Shown here piece after piece: positions 24,167 to 33,289 of a stretch of DNA of 33,289 nt. The notes under the pieces were generated by a model. The model did not search any database. It had not been told where the DNA came from and worked only from the letters and a program-made list of their open reading frames with translations. Position numbers and translations under genes: made by a program. The DNA comes from a virus (Duplodnaviria > Caudoviricetes): the IMG/VR virus record IMGVR_UViG_3300042431_000197, positions 1 to 33,289 of that record; one strand, written 5' to 3'. How positions within the stretch are numbered: the first letter of the stretch is position 1; each line of letters opens with the position of its first letter.

Positions 24167-26227
24167 TTACAAGGTTGCATTTTTCACAATGTTTCTGTCC
24201 ATTTCTTGCTGATTTGTCATTTGTTTAGATACCACAAACGCTTGAACAGGTGGTTGCTCTTTTCCTAAAGTAGTTGCTATTTGATTAACTCCTGCATTTC
24301 CTACTACATTAAATGTTGGTGCTTGACTTGGTGCTCCACCACCGCCACCAGCTCCGCCTGTTGAACCTGAGCTTGAAGACGCACTACCACTAGCTCCACT
24401 ACCAGACAATAATTGTTTTGCTCTTGCTATATTTGAAACAACTGATAATCCTGTTGATGCATAAGATAAAACTCTTGCAACTGTACCAATTCCAGGAACT
24501 AAAGGAAAAGCTAATTGTGCCGCCACACCTTCCGCATTTGCTAAAGTACTTGCTTTTGATATTGCCACTGCTGAATCAATAGCAATTTGTGTTAAAGCTA
24601 TTCCTTTTGATATAACTTGACCTGCTTTAGTTTTTGCTAATCCACTTGCCTCTAATCCTTGAATTATATTATTAAGATTTTCTTTTGATTTTGCAATTAC
24701 ACTATCTTTATTTTTTTCAAATTCAATTTCTTCAGCTGCTACTTTCTCTCTTTTCTTCTTCGCTTCCTCATTCCTTGCAATAGATTTTTCAGCTTCTTTA
24801 GCCCAATAATCTAATTCTCTTTGTTCATCTTCTGCTTTAAACTTATCTTGTAATTCTTTTTCTTTTGTACGTTGCGCTTCTTTTAAAGCGGTTGTGTCTT
24901 GTCCGTATTTATTAGCTTCTTCAATTAATAATCTATATTGTTCTTGTACTTCTCTTATTTCCTCTGCTCTACGTTCCGCCTCTGTATTTATTTCGCCTAA
25001 TCTAATACGTTCTAATGCTTCGGCTTTTTGCTTTGCTAATTCTATTTCTTTGTCCGCTATTTCTTTTGCCTTTGCTTTGCTATCTTTAGCCTCTTGTAGA
25101 TTTATTTCATTAATAGCATTAACAGAACCTGCTCTATCATTTTTTAATTTTAATAATGCTTCTTGACTTTCTTTAATTGTTGCCTCTCCATCTGCTTTTA
25201 CTTGTTCAGGGTCAAATCCTAATTTAGCTAAATAATCGGCAGCTTTATCTCCTAATGTTTCGTCTAACTTACTTTTTATATTAATGCCAGGTATTTTATT
25301 TAATAAATCAATAATACCATTAATAGATTCTGCACCTGTTTTATATAAAAATCTTAAAGGAGTTGAAACAAAATCAATATAAGATTTAAGAAGTTCATAG
25401 TTTCTTTGCGCTCCTTGAACAGCTAACTTATTTGTTTGTATTTGATTTTTTTGATTTATTTCAGTAGCTAAAATAGCCTCGTCAGTTTGTTTTATTTTAA
25501 TAGCTAATATTTCTTTTTCACTTTTACCTTGAAGTTTTAAAATATTATCTTGAGCACCTATTGTTTTTAATTTTTCATTTTGTAAGTTTACATTTTTTTG
25601 ACTATCTGCATTAAGTTTCTTTTGCTCTTCACTAACTCCACTAACCGCTTCTTTAATATCATCCCAATAAGCATAAATAGTTCCTAATGCAATAACTAAT
25701 AAACCAATTCCTGTACTTCCAATAGCTGTTTTTATTCCTTTAAACGCATCAATAGCAACCGCTTTTAATTGTTTAAACGAACGCCCTGCATCTTCTAATC
25801 CTGCCAAACCATCAGCTAAAGCCATTGCGGATTGAACTTTTAAAAGTTGTTCTTGAACGTCTTCACTTTCAACTCCAATTAATCCCATCGCACCCTGCAC
25901 CGCTCCGAAACCACTTGCAACTGATGACAAAGCTTTTGATGTTGCTAAGAAAGTTCCCTCGCCTTTAAACGCTTGAACTGCATCGTTAGCATCTTCAATT
26001 TTATCTTTTAATTCTGCTGCACGTTTAGCAGCGTTAATAGCCTCTTTTGAAGTTTCGCCAAACTTCTCATTCATTTGCTGAACTTCTGTTATAGCTTCCC
26101 TTAATTGTGCTTTTAAAGATTTGGTATTTTTTTCTACGTCTTCAAATGTTTTACCCAAAGAGGCAATTCCACCTTGCGCATTTAATACGTCAACATCAAT
26201 TTCAATTACCTTTTTGATATTAGCCAT
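24167..26227 (-). CDS. Tail tape measure protein
   Basis: 686 aa, A/K/E-rich coiled coil with hydrophobic G/A segments and a G/S linker near the C-terminus. Confidence 0.8.
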   Translation of the reverse strand: MANIKKVIEIDVDVLNAQGGIASLGKTFEDVEKNTKSLKAQLREAITEVQQMNEKFGETSKEAINAAKRAAELKDKIEDANDAVQAFKGEGTFLATSKALSSVASGFGAVQGAMGLIGVESEDVQEQLLKVQSAMALADGLAGLEDAGRSFKQLKAVAIDAFKGIKTAIGSTGIGLLVIALGTIYAYWDDIKEAVSGVSEEQKKLNADSQKNVNLQNEKLKTIGAQDNILKLQGKSEKEILAIKIKQTDEAILATEINQKNQIQTNKLAVQGAQRNYELLKSYIDFVSTPLRFLYKTGAESINGIIDLLNKIPGINIKSKLDETLGDKAADYLAKLGFDPEQVKADGEATIKESQEALLKLKNDRAGSVNAINEINLQEAKDSKAKAKEIADKEIELAKQKAEALERIRLGEINTEAERRAEEIREVQEQYRLLIEEANKYGQDTTALKEAQRTKEKELQDKFKAEDEQRELDYWAKEAEKSIARNEEAKKKREKVAAEEIEFEKNKDSVIAKSKENLNNIIQGLEASGLAKTKAGQVISKGIALTQIAIDSAVAISKASTLANAEGVAAQLAFPLVPGIGTVARVLSYASTGLSVVSNIARAKQLLSGSGASGSASSSSGSTGGAGGGGGAPSQAPTFNVVGNAGVNQIATTLGKEQPPVQAFVVSKQMTNQQEMDRNIVKNATL

Positions 26228-26358
26228 TGTCTTTTTATTTTATTTTTTAAACCTTTAAAATCTTTTGGTAATTCATATTTACCTTTTGCTATTTCTACAT
26301 TTTTACTGACGTTTAAAAAGTCATCTTGTTGTAGTAATTTTATAATAATTCCTATCAT
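26206..26358 (-). CDS. Hypothetical 50-aa protein (not in ORF track)
   Basis: MIGIIIKLLQQDDFLNVSKNVEIAKGKYELPK...; TAATG-coupled and fills the gap. Confidence 0.6.
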   Translation of the reverse strand: MIGIIIKLLQQDDFLNVSKNVEIAKGKYELPKDFKGLKNKIKRQWLISKR

Positions 26359-28616
26359 TATGGTTCTTGTATTATATCAATGAATTTTTTTGATGTTGAT
26401 ACTCCGTTGTTAAAATAATTTATTTCTATTTGAGTTAATAAACCAGTACCTGTTGTGTTTGCAGGAACTTCAAATAAAATATTAGAATCTCCAATAAATG
26501 GACCATTAGTAATTGCATCAAATTTTGTTGTGAAATTATCATTGTCATTAATAAAAATAGATACTTCTATAATTTGTGGTTCTGCAGTTAAATTGTATAT
26601 AGGTTTTAATGTAAATGGTTGCTCAACAGGTCTAAAATCTGTTATTAATTCAAAATTAACCTCTCCATTTATTAGATTTGAAGTAAAATTATTGATAGTG
26701 TACTTCTTATCTTTGTAAACTATCCTATCATTTAGCTTGATATCGGTTAACATTGTTACAGGAATCTTTGTTTTTAAGTTCAAAATCCTGCATCTAATAT
26801 CATATAAACCACTAATATAATTACGATACCATAAAAAATATAGTGAATTTGTAGCAAATGCGCTTGGATTGTTTACGCTTTGCTCTTCACCCCAATTTAA
26901 CGATGCTATTGTACCGCTTGTTATTAACTCATTACTGAACTTTCTATAAACTCCAACGTTATTGTAGTTAGTACCATCAAAGAATTTAATCGGTGTTGGT
27001 AATACTACGCCCTCATTCATATACATAAGCATTGGTTTTGGCTTATATGCGTTTTGGTCTTTATTAATTAACGATGCAGTTACAAAATTATATCCTATTG
27101 TTTTCTCAAACATTACATTCTCAAAAGGACTTTTAATTTCATAACTCGAACTTTCGTTACTTAATAAATCGCTATATTCCAAATCTCCGTATTCACGATT
27201 GAATAAATTTCTAAAAGCATTGTTTAAAATGTTCTCGCTTTTCTCGTGCATAAACGCTAACTTTTTGAACAACTTAGGTCTATTTATGTCGATACTATCT
27301 GTAACAACATAAGGCGTTATATCTGTGTATTTTCCAGATGCGTAGAAAACATCAAGCGGTGCAAGTTCAAAATTATTAATACCTTTTGGAAGAATAGTTA
27401 AGTTGAACATTTTAACAATTCCCATAACAAAATCAACTACTTTTATTTTAGGTATATAAGTCTGTATATCTATAATGCTTGAAGTTGATTGTGATGTTGC
27501 GTATCCAATTTTTTGCGTTGTTGTTGTTCCAAATGAACCAATATTTGGTTGCACTTTAAAATTACGTAATTCACTTGTAAAGCTAAAAGGCGTTATACTT
27601 TCAACTTCAAAATAATAAGGAACTGGCACACCACTCGATTGGTCTAAAAATAACAACTCCTGATTTCCAAATAGATTTTCAAAAGTATGCGTAATAACTC
27701 CATTAGTAGTTCTTATTGTTACTTTGTATTGAATAGCTGGATTTGATGGAAATATTCTTATCCACGTTCTTTGAAATGTAGGAGGTAAAAGACCAGAAGA
27801 ACCGCTCCAATTAGAAGTGTAAACATCAGTAGTTAAATTCAAATCAGGGAAGTTACTATCTTTAGAAGTGAAATTAATTCTAACAGGTTCAGTATAAACA
27901 ACTAAGTCTTCATTTCTTTTACAATACAAATATAAATCTGTAAAATAAGTTGTACTTAAAAAGAAACCCTCAAAAGAAATTCCGTATCTATTACCGATAA
28001 ACTCAAATATTTTTGAAACAGGAATAGCAGGAAACAAATCTGAATATACAACCGAACGATTTAAAGTGCCTCCTATTGTAACATCGTTAGCAGTTCCTGT
28101 TAAATACTCATACCTACGATTTGAATTTATAATAGGGTATCTAACATCATCTAATATAGAACCATTTATACGCCCTACTACTTCACCATAATTATAAGTG
28201 TGATTTAAACTTGAGTAATCTAAAACAGTTAATTCCTCTTCTTTAAATAAGTCTTTTAATTGTTTGGTTTGTCCATAAAAAGTAATCGTAAAACTTTCTA
28301 TTTCGTTTTCTTTTTCGTTTGCCTTTTCAATTTGTATTTGACCATTACGAAATGGAATAGTATCGAGTTCAATCTTTGCATCGTATCTAATTCGATGGTC
28401 AAATGTATCGTTAACTATTCCGTTATCATTCCAATAGTTAAAAATAATATTATTGTTTGGACTTGCAGGAATAGTAAAAGACTGACTAAAATCTGTAAAT
28501 ACTTTTGAAAGGTCGTTAATATTTTGAATAGAACTATTTACCGATATATTTTCGTCTTTAAATAAATCTAATCGTTTATATTCGTCTTGTACTTTTATGT
28601 AAATTTCTACACTCAT
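26358..28616 (-). CDS. Tail tip/hub-like structural protein
   Basis: 752 aa; LDLFKDENIS....DFSQSFTIPAS N-terminus; next to the tape measure gene. Confidence 0.65.
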   Translation of the reverse strand: MSVEIYIKVQDEYKRLDLFKDENISVNSSIQNINDLSKVFTDFSQSFTIPASPNNNIIFNYWNDNGIVNDTFDHRIRYDAKIELDTIPFRNGQIQIEKANEKENEIESFTITFYGQTKQLKDLFKEEELTVLDYSSLNHTYNYGEVVGRINGSILDDVRYPIINSNRRYEYLTGTANDVTIGGTLNRSVVYSDLFPAIPVSKIFEFIGNRYGISFEGFFLSTTYFTDLYLYCKRNEDLVVYTEPVRINFTSKDSNFPDLNLTTDVYTSNWSGSSGLLPPTFQRTWIRIFPSNPAIQYKVTIRTTNGVITHTFENLFGNQELLFLDQSSGVPVPYYFEVESITPFSFTSELRNFKVQPNIGSFGTTTTQKIGYATSQSTSSIIDIQTYIPKIKVVDFVMGIVKMFNLTILPKGINNFELAPLDVFYASGKYTDITPYVVTDSIDINRPKLFKKLAFMHEKSENILNNAFRNLFNREYGDLEYSDLLSNESSSYEIKSPFENVMFEKTIGYNFVTASLINKDQNAYKPKPMLMYMNEGVVLPTPIKFFDGTNYNNVGVYRKFSNELITSGTIASLNWGEEQSVNNPSAFATNSLYFLWYRNYISGLYDIRCRILNLKTKIPVTMLTDIKLNDRIVYKDKKYTINNFTSNLINGEVNFELITDFRPVEQPFTLKPIYNLTAEPQIIEVSIFINDNDNFTTKFDAITNGPFIGDSNILFEVPANTTGTGLLTQIEINYFNNGVSTSKKFIDIIQEP

Positions 28617-29648
28617 TTAAACGTAATTTTGTATTAATGGAGTTGCACTTTCAAAGTCAAATTCATAATTAATTACTTTGTCGTTTAAATTTGTTTTTTC
28701 TATAAACGAACTATTTTTTAAAACTACTGAAGTTGATATTTCTGAGTCTGAAGAATTTAAAGCTAAATTTTCGCTCAACATCATTTGTCTAATTGCTCTA
28801 ACTACATCCTCACTAATCCAACCTGTGTTAAGTTTAAAACTTTGAACTCCGTTTTTATTAAATACTTGCTTACTACCTGCTAAGTTATATTCACTCGATT
28901 TGTATTCGTTGCTTATAGTTGACTTTTTAAATAAGTATAATTGTGATTGACCTCCTAAAATGTTTGTGTATGTCAATACGTAAGGATTAAATTTAGGCTC
29001 ACATTCTGTAGTAACTTCATCTATGTAAAATGTTAGCCAATCACCTTCAACATCAGCTTGCAATTCAAAAGAATTTCCTTGTGCAAAATTACCAGAATAA
29101 TAAGTAGATTTTGGAATGCTTAAATATTTAATTCCTGTATCTGTATAATCTACAACTTCATCGTATGTATCTGTAAAATATCTAACTCTTAAATTAGGAT
29201 AACTATCAAAATCAAAAATTATATCTATTTTCAAACCTGTTAAAGAATCATTTATAAAAGGGTCTGGAGTTAAATAATATCTTTTATCAACAAAACTTTC
29301 TAAAACATAATAACCTGAAAAAAGTGGATTGCTTTCATCATACCCTTTAGTACCAATTAATTCAAATGCATCTGCTGAAATCCAATCGGTGCTTATTTTA
29401 TAATATGATTTTACTTTAACAAACAATGCTCTATCAGTATTGTTTAATTTGTCATCAACAAATGGACTAATATTGTATTCACCTACATATTGAGTAGGTG
29501 AAAAAATTTCCTTTTCAATTACGTGAGTTGGTATTGATGGTTCTGTTTCATCAAAACCCCAAATAGTCAATTCTATTTTAGTTGATATTTGAGATGAATC
29601 TCCATCAACCTCAATTATATATGGTACTCTACTACAAAATAAAATCAT
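28617..29648 (-). CDS. Tail structural protein (distal-tail-like)
   Basis: 343 aa, beta-rich, C-terminal KLNTGWI....QMMLSE; position in the tail block. Confidence 0.55.
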   Translation of the reverse strand: MILFCSRVPYIIEVDGDSSQISTKIELTIWGFDETEPSIPTHVIEKEIFSPTQYVGEYNISPFVDDKLNNTDRALFVKVKSYYKISTDWISADAFELIGTKGYDESNPLFSGYYVLESFVDKRYYLTPDPFINDSLTGLKIDIIFDFDSYPNLRVRYFTDTYDEVVDYTDTGIKYLSIPKSTYYSGNFAQGNSFELQADVEGDWLTFYIDEVTTECEPKFNPYVLTYTNILGGQSQLYLFKKSTISNEYKSSEYNLAGSKQVFNKNGVQSFKLNTGWISEDVVRAIRQMMLSENLALNSSDSEISTSVVLKNSSFIEKTNLNDKVINYEFDFESATPLIQNYV

Positions 29649-30175
29649 ATCTTTAAACTTTGTTTCATTAATTTTTCTAAATCTAACCCGTAGGCTTCAA
29701 TAACTTCATCTGGTAATCTTTGAAATCCTGCCTCAAATGGTTTACTAAAAAATAAACTTGGCTTTATTCCTTTTTGATATATTGAACGTGTGATTAAAAA
29801 TGCGGTATTCTCATAACTCATAAACTTTCCGCTTTCTCTATCTTTAAATTGAAAACGTCTTGCTTTAACCCACTCTAAAATACCACTTGTTAAACCGCCT
29901 TTTTTACCTGTGCCACTTCCAAACTTAAAAGGACTATTTGGCGCTTTTGCCGAACTACTTTTACCTTTAACTCCTTTGTCTTGAAACTCTCCGTAATCTT
30001 CCATTTCAAAGTAAATACCTATTGAGTTTTTACCTACAAATGAATCACCTTTAATGGAATTATAAAGTTTCTTTTTTACATTTTTATCAGTTCGTGTTAA
30101 GTTGCTTTTACTTTGTTGAACTACATACTTTGTAAATTTAGAAAGTGTTTTATTTAATTCATTATTAGCATCCAT
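29645..30175 (-). CDS. Putative neck/tail-completion protein
   Basis: Basic protein with YGEFQDKG, ILEWVK and SIYQKGIKP..FF motifs; likely start at MDANNEL. Confidence 0.6.
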   Translation of the reverse strand: MDANNELNKTLSKFTKYVVQQSKSNLTRTDKNVKKKLYNSIKGDSFVGKNSIGIYFEMEDYGEFQDKGVKGKSSSAKAPNSPFKFGSGTGKKGGLTSGILEWVKARRFQFKDRESGKFMSYENTAFLITRSIYQKGIKPSLFFSKPFEAGFQRLPDEVIEAYGLDLEKLMKQSLKI

Positions 30176-30632
30176 CACAACAAACATTTGTATCGTTATC
30201 AGGATATTGTAAAACGATTTCAATTGTCATTCCATCCATTCCGTTAGTGTACGCCTTAAAAAATATCTGTGGCTCTGTTGCACTTATAAATTGAATATCG
30301 TAATTGTTGTTTAATAGTCTTAACTTCTTAAGCAAATTATTCATTACAGAGTGTGCAGTTTGAATATTATCTACTCGGTTGTCATTACCCTCTAACTTGT
30401 TTGTTATCGTTGTTTTAACGTCATCTCTTTGCGTAATAAACAACACCTCGAAACCTATTGTTTTACTTTCAAAGTTACTCGATACAATACCGATATTGAC
30501 TAAATTATAAATGTTCTTTTTATTAAAATCTATATCGTCATCAGTTTGAAATATAGTAATAGTATTTACATCGATGTCTTCTTGTAAATATCCTACTAAT
30601 AACTCTAAACAATTATTAACTGCGTTTCTCAT
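30165..30632 (-). CDS. Putative tail terminator-like protein
   Basis: 155-aa acidic alpha/beta protein in the tail block. Confidence 0.55.
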   Translation of the reverse strand: MRNAVNNCLELLVGYLQEDIDVNTITIFQTDDDIDFNKKNIYNLVNIGIVSSNFESKTIGFEVLFITQRDDVKTTITNKLEGNDNRVDNIQTAHSVMNNLLKKLRLLNNNYDIQFISATEPQIFFKAYTNGMDGMTIEIVLQYPDNDTNVCCDGC

Positions 30633-30870
30633 TTGCTTTTATTTGTCTTACTTCTTCTTGGTTTTTATCTTTTAAAAACTCTAAATGTGTAAGGAATTGA
30701 TATATTGTAAGTCCATAGACTTGTTCGTGTTTAAATCTATCTCCTCCAGCAACTGCGTCAATTGAGATATACCAACCCCATTTTTCTCCAAAATAATTTT
30801 CTCCTCCTCCGTTGTTACTTGTTCCAAATAACGAGGAATATAATTCTTTAAGTCCGTTCCTAAATTCCAA
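30616..30870 (-). CDS. -1 frameshift extension of tail assembly chaperone
   Basis: ORF opens exactly at the T9 slippery run (30877-30869) in the -1 frame and has no ATG. Confidence 0.7.
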   Translation of the reverse strand: MEFRNGLKELYSSLFGTSNNGGGENYFGEKWGWYISIDAVAGGDRFKHEQVYGLTIYQFLTHLEFLKDKNQEEVRQIKANEKRS

Positions 30871-31343
30871 AAAAAAACCTTTGCACCTAAAAATACAGAG
30901 GCAGGAGCATCATTCATAATTTCAAATCCATCAGTTCCATTGTACTCTTTGATGTTGTATAAATCTTTACCAAATGTTTGGTTAATCGGTCTATACATTA
31001 CCATCATAGCTTTTAAAACATCAGTATCAATGTATGTATCCAAGTCAACATATTCTGCTGTGCTTACATTGTCAAAATTTGGAATGAAACCATATTCAAC
31101 ACCATTCATTGTAAATCTTTGAACGTGTTTAGGTGTTTCTTCTAACGCTTTGCCTATTGTAAATATAATGTCTTCAAATTGTTTTAAAGGTATTTTAATA
31201 ACCTCGTTCAATTCAATATTACAAAAGATTGATATTAATTGAAAAGGTAAAAACTCCTCTGAACTATTCTCTGTTGCGTGTTTCCATTTAAGGAACTGCT
31301 TAATAGTAATATGCTCTAACGATGTTGGTACTTCTATTTTCAT
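30681..31343 (-). CDS. Putative tail assembly chaperone (0-frame product)
   Basis: 220 aa containing GTT TTT TTT TGG; preceded by the late motif. Confidence 0.7.
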   Translation of the reverse strand: MKIEVPTSLEHITIKQFLKWKHATENSSEEFLPFQLISIFCNIELNEVIKIPLKQFEDIIFTIGKALEETPKHVQRFTMNGVEYGFIPNFDNVSTAEYVDLDTYIDTDVLKAMMVMYRPINQTFGKDLYNIKEYNGTDGFEIMNDAPASVFLGAKVFFWNLGTDLKNYIPRYLEQVTTEEEKIILEKNGVGISQLTQLLEEIDLNTNKSMDLQYINSLHI

Positions 31344-31375
31344 ACTTATATAACGAAAAAAAAGGATAATTTTAC
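31344..31375 (-). promoter_or_regulatory. Putative late promoter (GTAAAA...TTTCGTTATA) 12 nt before ATG
   Basis: Minus strand TTTCGTTATATAAGTATG. Confidence 0.7.
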
Positions 31376-31377
31376 AA

Positions 31378-32580
31378 TTACCCTATATAATATTTTCCTT
31401 TGTTTGGTTTGCCTATTAAATCCCACAATACATAACCGATAGGATCGAGTGTATGGTTATAATCGTCAATTGGTGTGTTGCTTTTTTTATCGTGCCAAAT
31501 GTAGTTGTTTAACTCTTTTATAATGTTTTTACTTTCAGGTGTTACAATAATTTCCCAATCTTGTAGCAATGCAACCCTATCAATTATAAGTGGCTTTTGT
31601 ATTCCTTTAATATTACAACCTTGTTGCTTTAATTCTTCAATCAAACGAGGTTCTGCACTATCTGCAATAATTAAATTTCTATCTGCATAACGTTTATTTT
31701 CGGTTGATATTTGCGAGGTTTTTAAACCTGACTTATAAAGACACTCATTAACGTAAATTCTTTTATTAGGTTTATCAATTGAACACTCTATTAATGTTGT
31801 AGGGTCAACACTAAATCCAAAATCTTGTCCAAAGTATTTATAACCGGTATTTACGAAATCACCAATACGCCAATTATCAAACACAACACCTTCTGCTTTA
31901 TTTAACCAACCACCGAGTATTTGATGTTTGTATTTATTTGGATTTGTTTCTTTGATACGTTCAACCTCATTTATAAATGAAATATCTAAGTTATCATAGT
32001 TATCTAAATAGGTTGTGTGAATGTAGGTTACATCGTCTTTAATTCCATTGAATCCTTCTTGAACTCCTCTACTTTCAAAGAAACGTTTATAAATCCAATG
32101 CTCTTTTGTTGCAGGATTTAGTATAAGTATAACTCGGTTTTGTTTTCCTTTTTGACGAATAGATAGATTAATCTTATCGAATGTAATTTCGTCTGTTAGT
32201 TCTTCAGCTTCATCTAATATCCAAGTTGTAACACCTTGTAAAGATTTAAGGTTTGCAGTTTGGTCACCTGAACTCGTTTTAATTCCTCTAAAAATTATTT
32301 CGCTTTTAGATTGTAGATTTTTTATTTCTGACTTTGTAACATCAAACAAATTATTCATTTCCATCAAGTCAATTTTCTCTTGAAATTCTGGAATGATTGA
32401 TAGGTGTGCCGATGTCATTGTCTGACGTGTGAATAGTATTTTATGACCTTGCTCAAACGACAAAAGGTTAGTAAAAGTACCCACTCCAAAACTTTTAGAA
32501 CTTCCTCGACCTCCTGTTATAATAAAATAACGTGTGTCGTTTTCAAATAGCGGTTTATATTTATTGTTAAGAGTTATCAA
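31378..32580 (-). CDS. terL: Terminase large subunit, PBSX/SPP1-like
   Basis: Walker A GGRGSSKS, Walker B WILDEAEE, ILNP, and nuclease motifs GQDFGF.DP, ADSAEP, NHTLD. Confidence 0.93.
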   Translation of the reverse strand: MITLNNKYKPLFENDTRYFIITGGRGSSKSFGVGTFTNLLSFEQGHKILFTRQTMTSAHLSIIPEFQEKIDLMEMNNLFDVTKSEIKNLQSKSEIIFRGIKTSSGDQTANLKSLQGVTTWILDEAEELTDEITFDKINLSIRQKGKQNRVILILNPATKEHWIYKRFFESRGVQEGFNGIKDDVTYIHTTYLDNYDNLDISFINEVERIKETNPNKYKHQILGGWLNKAEGVVFDNWRIGDFVNTGYKYFGQDFGFSVDPTTLIECSIDKPNKRIYVNECLYKSGLKTSQISTENKRYADRNLIIADSAEPRLIEELKQQGCNIKGIQKPLIIDRVALLQDWEIIVTPESKNIIKELNNYIWHDKKSNTPIDDYNHTLDPIGYVLWDLIGKPNKGKYYIG

Positions 32581-32683
32581 CTAATTTATTATTTTTAGTA
32601 TAATAAATTTTACCATCTTTTACATAATATTTAGGTGGTAAAGGAATTAATCTACCTGTAAAACGTTTAGGAAAAATACACAT
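32567..32683 (-). CDS. Possible 38-aa protein between terS and terL (not in ORF track)
   Basis: TGATG-coupled ORF MCIFPKRFTGRLIPLPPKYYVKDGKIYY... Confidence 0.4.
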   Translation of the reverse strand: MCIFPKRFTGRLIPLPPKYYVKDGKIYYTKNNKLVDNS

Positions 32684-32979
32684 CACTCTTTAAATTTAAT
32701 TATATCTTTTAACTCAAAACTATTTATACTTACATTTTGGTCAATAGTTTCTTTTGGTTTACCGAATAAATGTTCAGCAATAAATATTTGTCCTCTTTGG
32801 TTGCTTAATAAATCCTTTGCAAATTCTATTTTTGCCTCTTCATCTGTTGAAACGTTTTTAAGACCTTTTAAGGCACTCAAAAATATTTCGTTTACCTTTT
32901 GTTCTTCGGCTACACTTTTGCGCCCTGCGTTAGGCCTTGCGCCTCCGTGTGTCTTTTTAACTTCTTTTTGCTCTTCCAT
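32683..32979 (-). CDS. Putative terminase small subunit
   Basis: HGGARPNAGRK motif and FGKPKE; upstream of terL. Confidence 0.65.
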   Translation of the reverse strand: MEEQKEVKKTHGGARPNAGRKSVAEEQKVNEIFLSALKGLKNVSTDEEAKIEFAKDLLSNQRGQIFIAEHLFGKPKETIDQNVSINSFELKDIIKFKE

Positions 32980-33008
32980 TTGAAATAAATATGTTTATTC
33001 AAAAAATT

Positions 33009-33289
33009 TTAAAGTGTGGAATCGTATAATTTTTTTAAATCTTTAATAAATGCGGTTTGATATTGTGAACCACAACTTTTGCAACCTCCTGTTTTAACAT
33101 TAAAAACTCTTAACCAAATCTTTTCAGCTTTCTGAATATCTTTTACTTTATCAATTGGTATTGGTAATCCGTTATACCATTCAAAAAACTCTTTTAAGAA
33201 TTTAGTTTCTTGCTTTGTAAGTTCAAAAGGTTTACTGAAAGGAAACAATCTATTTAAAGCTTCTTTTCTTTCGTTACATTTTGCACAAG
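33009..33289 (-). CDS. 3' part of junction-spanning CxxC protein
   Basis: Continues the ORF that starts at 229; ends GGCKSCGSQYQTAFIKDLKKLYDSTL. Confidence 0.8.
   Translation of the reverse strand, partial: CAKCNERKEALNRLFPFSKPFELTKQETKFLKEFFEWYNGLPIPIDKVKDIQKAEKIWLRVFNVKTGGCKSCGSQYQTAFIKDLKKLYDSTL
33119..33289. repeat. Terminal direct repeat, copy 2
   Basis: 170/171 identical to 1-171. Confidence 0.95.

Noticed and set aside
24330-24405. GC-richer repetitive stretch near the end of the tape measure gene
   Set aside because: It is explained by the Gly/Ser linker it encodes.
2228-32983. All plus-strand ORFs in the track (e.g. 5083-5403, 14887-15207, 23113-23538, 24894-25166)
   Set aside because: They are antisense shadows of well-supported minus-strand genes, mostly with non-ATG starts and no recognisable motifs.
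33119-33289. Biological fixed terminal repeat (T7-like)
   Set aside because: It falls mid-gene, and the terminase resembles the PBSX/SPP1 headful type. Assembly overlap is the simpler explanation, though not proven.
1-33289. Integrase, CI-like repressor, tRNA genes, alternative genetic code
   Set aside because: No ORF shows tyrosine/serine recombinase or CI motifs, no cloverleaf was noticed, and standard-code ORFs tile the genome densely.

Overview
The window looks like a complete, circularly closed, AT-rich tailed-phage genome with a unit length of about 33,118 bp. Positions 1-171 repeat at 33119-33289 with one synonymous SNP, and one ORF reads through that junction. The host is probably a Bacteroidota/Flavobacterium-like bacterium, inferred from TAnnTTTG promoters and A-rich translation starts without obvious SD sequences. 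All credible genes are on the minus strand. In transcription order they are: small early genes (incl. an unlisted RHH regulator), metallophosphoesterase, DUF3310, ERF/SSB/NinB recombination genes, a replication initiator with internal iteron-like repeats, a P-loop ATPase, NinG, an accessory island, an ECF-like sigma factor, terminase, tail genes (with a -1 frameshifted tail chaperone), tape measure, protease/scaffold, capsid, tail tube, portal, fibres, holin, GH24 endolysin and a u-spanin-like lipoprotein. I recognise no integrase, CI-type repressor, tRNA, CRISPR or reverse transcriptase. Three structures stand out. (1) An integron-like array of three cassettes (1570-4179) has attC-like hairpins and cassette-specific complementary ends. 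Its genes (DNA methyltransferase, PAPS-reductase-like PP-loop protein, two hypotheticals) run antisense to the canonical cassette orientation, and two start inside their attC. (2) Three promoter-proximal two-hairpin RNA leaders have loops complementary over 7 nt, with a different sequence pair in each copy (kissing-loop covariation); one sits directly upstream of the cassette array. (3) A TTTCGTTATA motif lies exactly 12 nt before three structural-gene start codons, a likely late promoter for the phage sigma factor. Product names come from motif recognition by eye, not from database searches.
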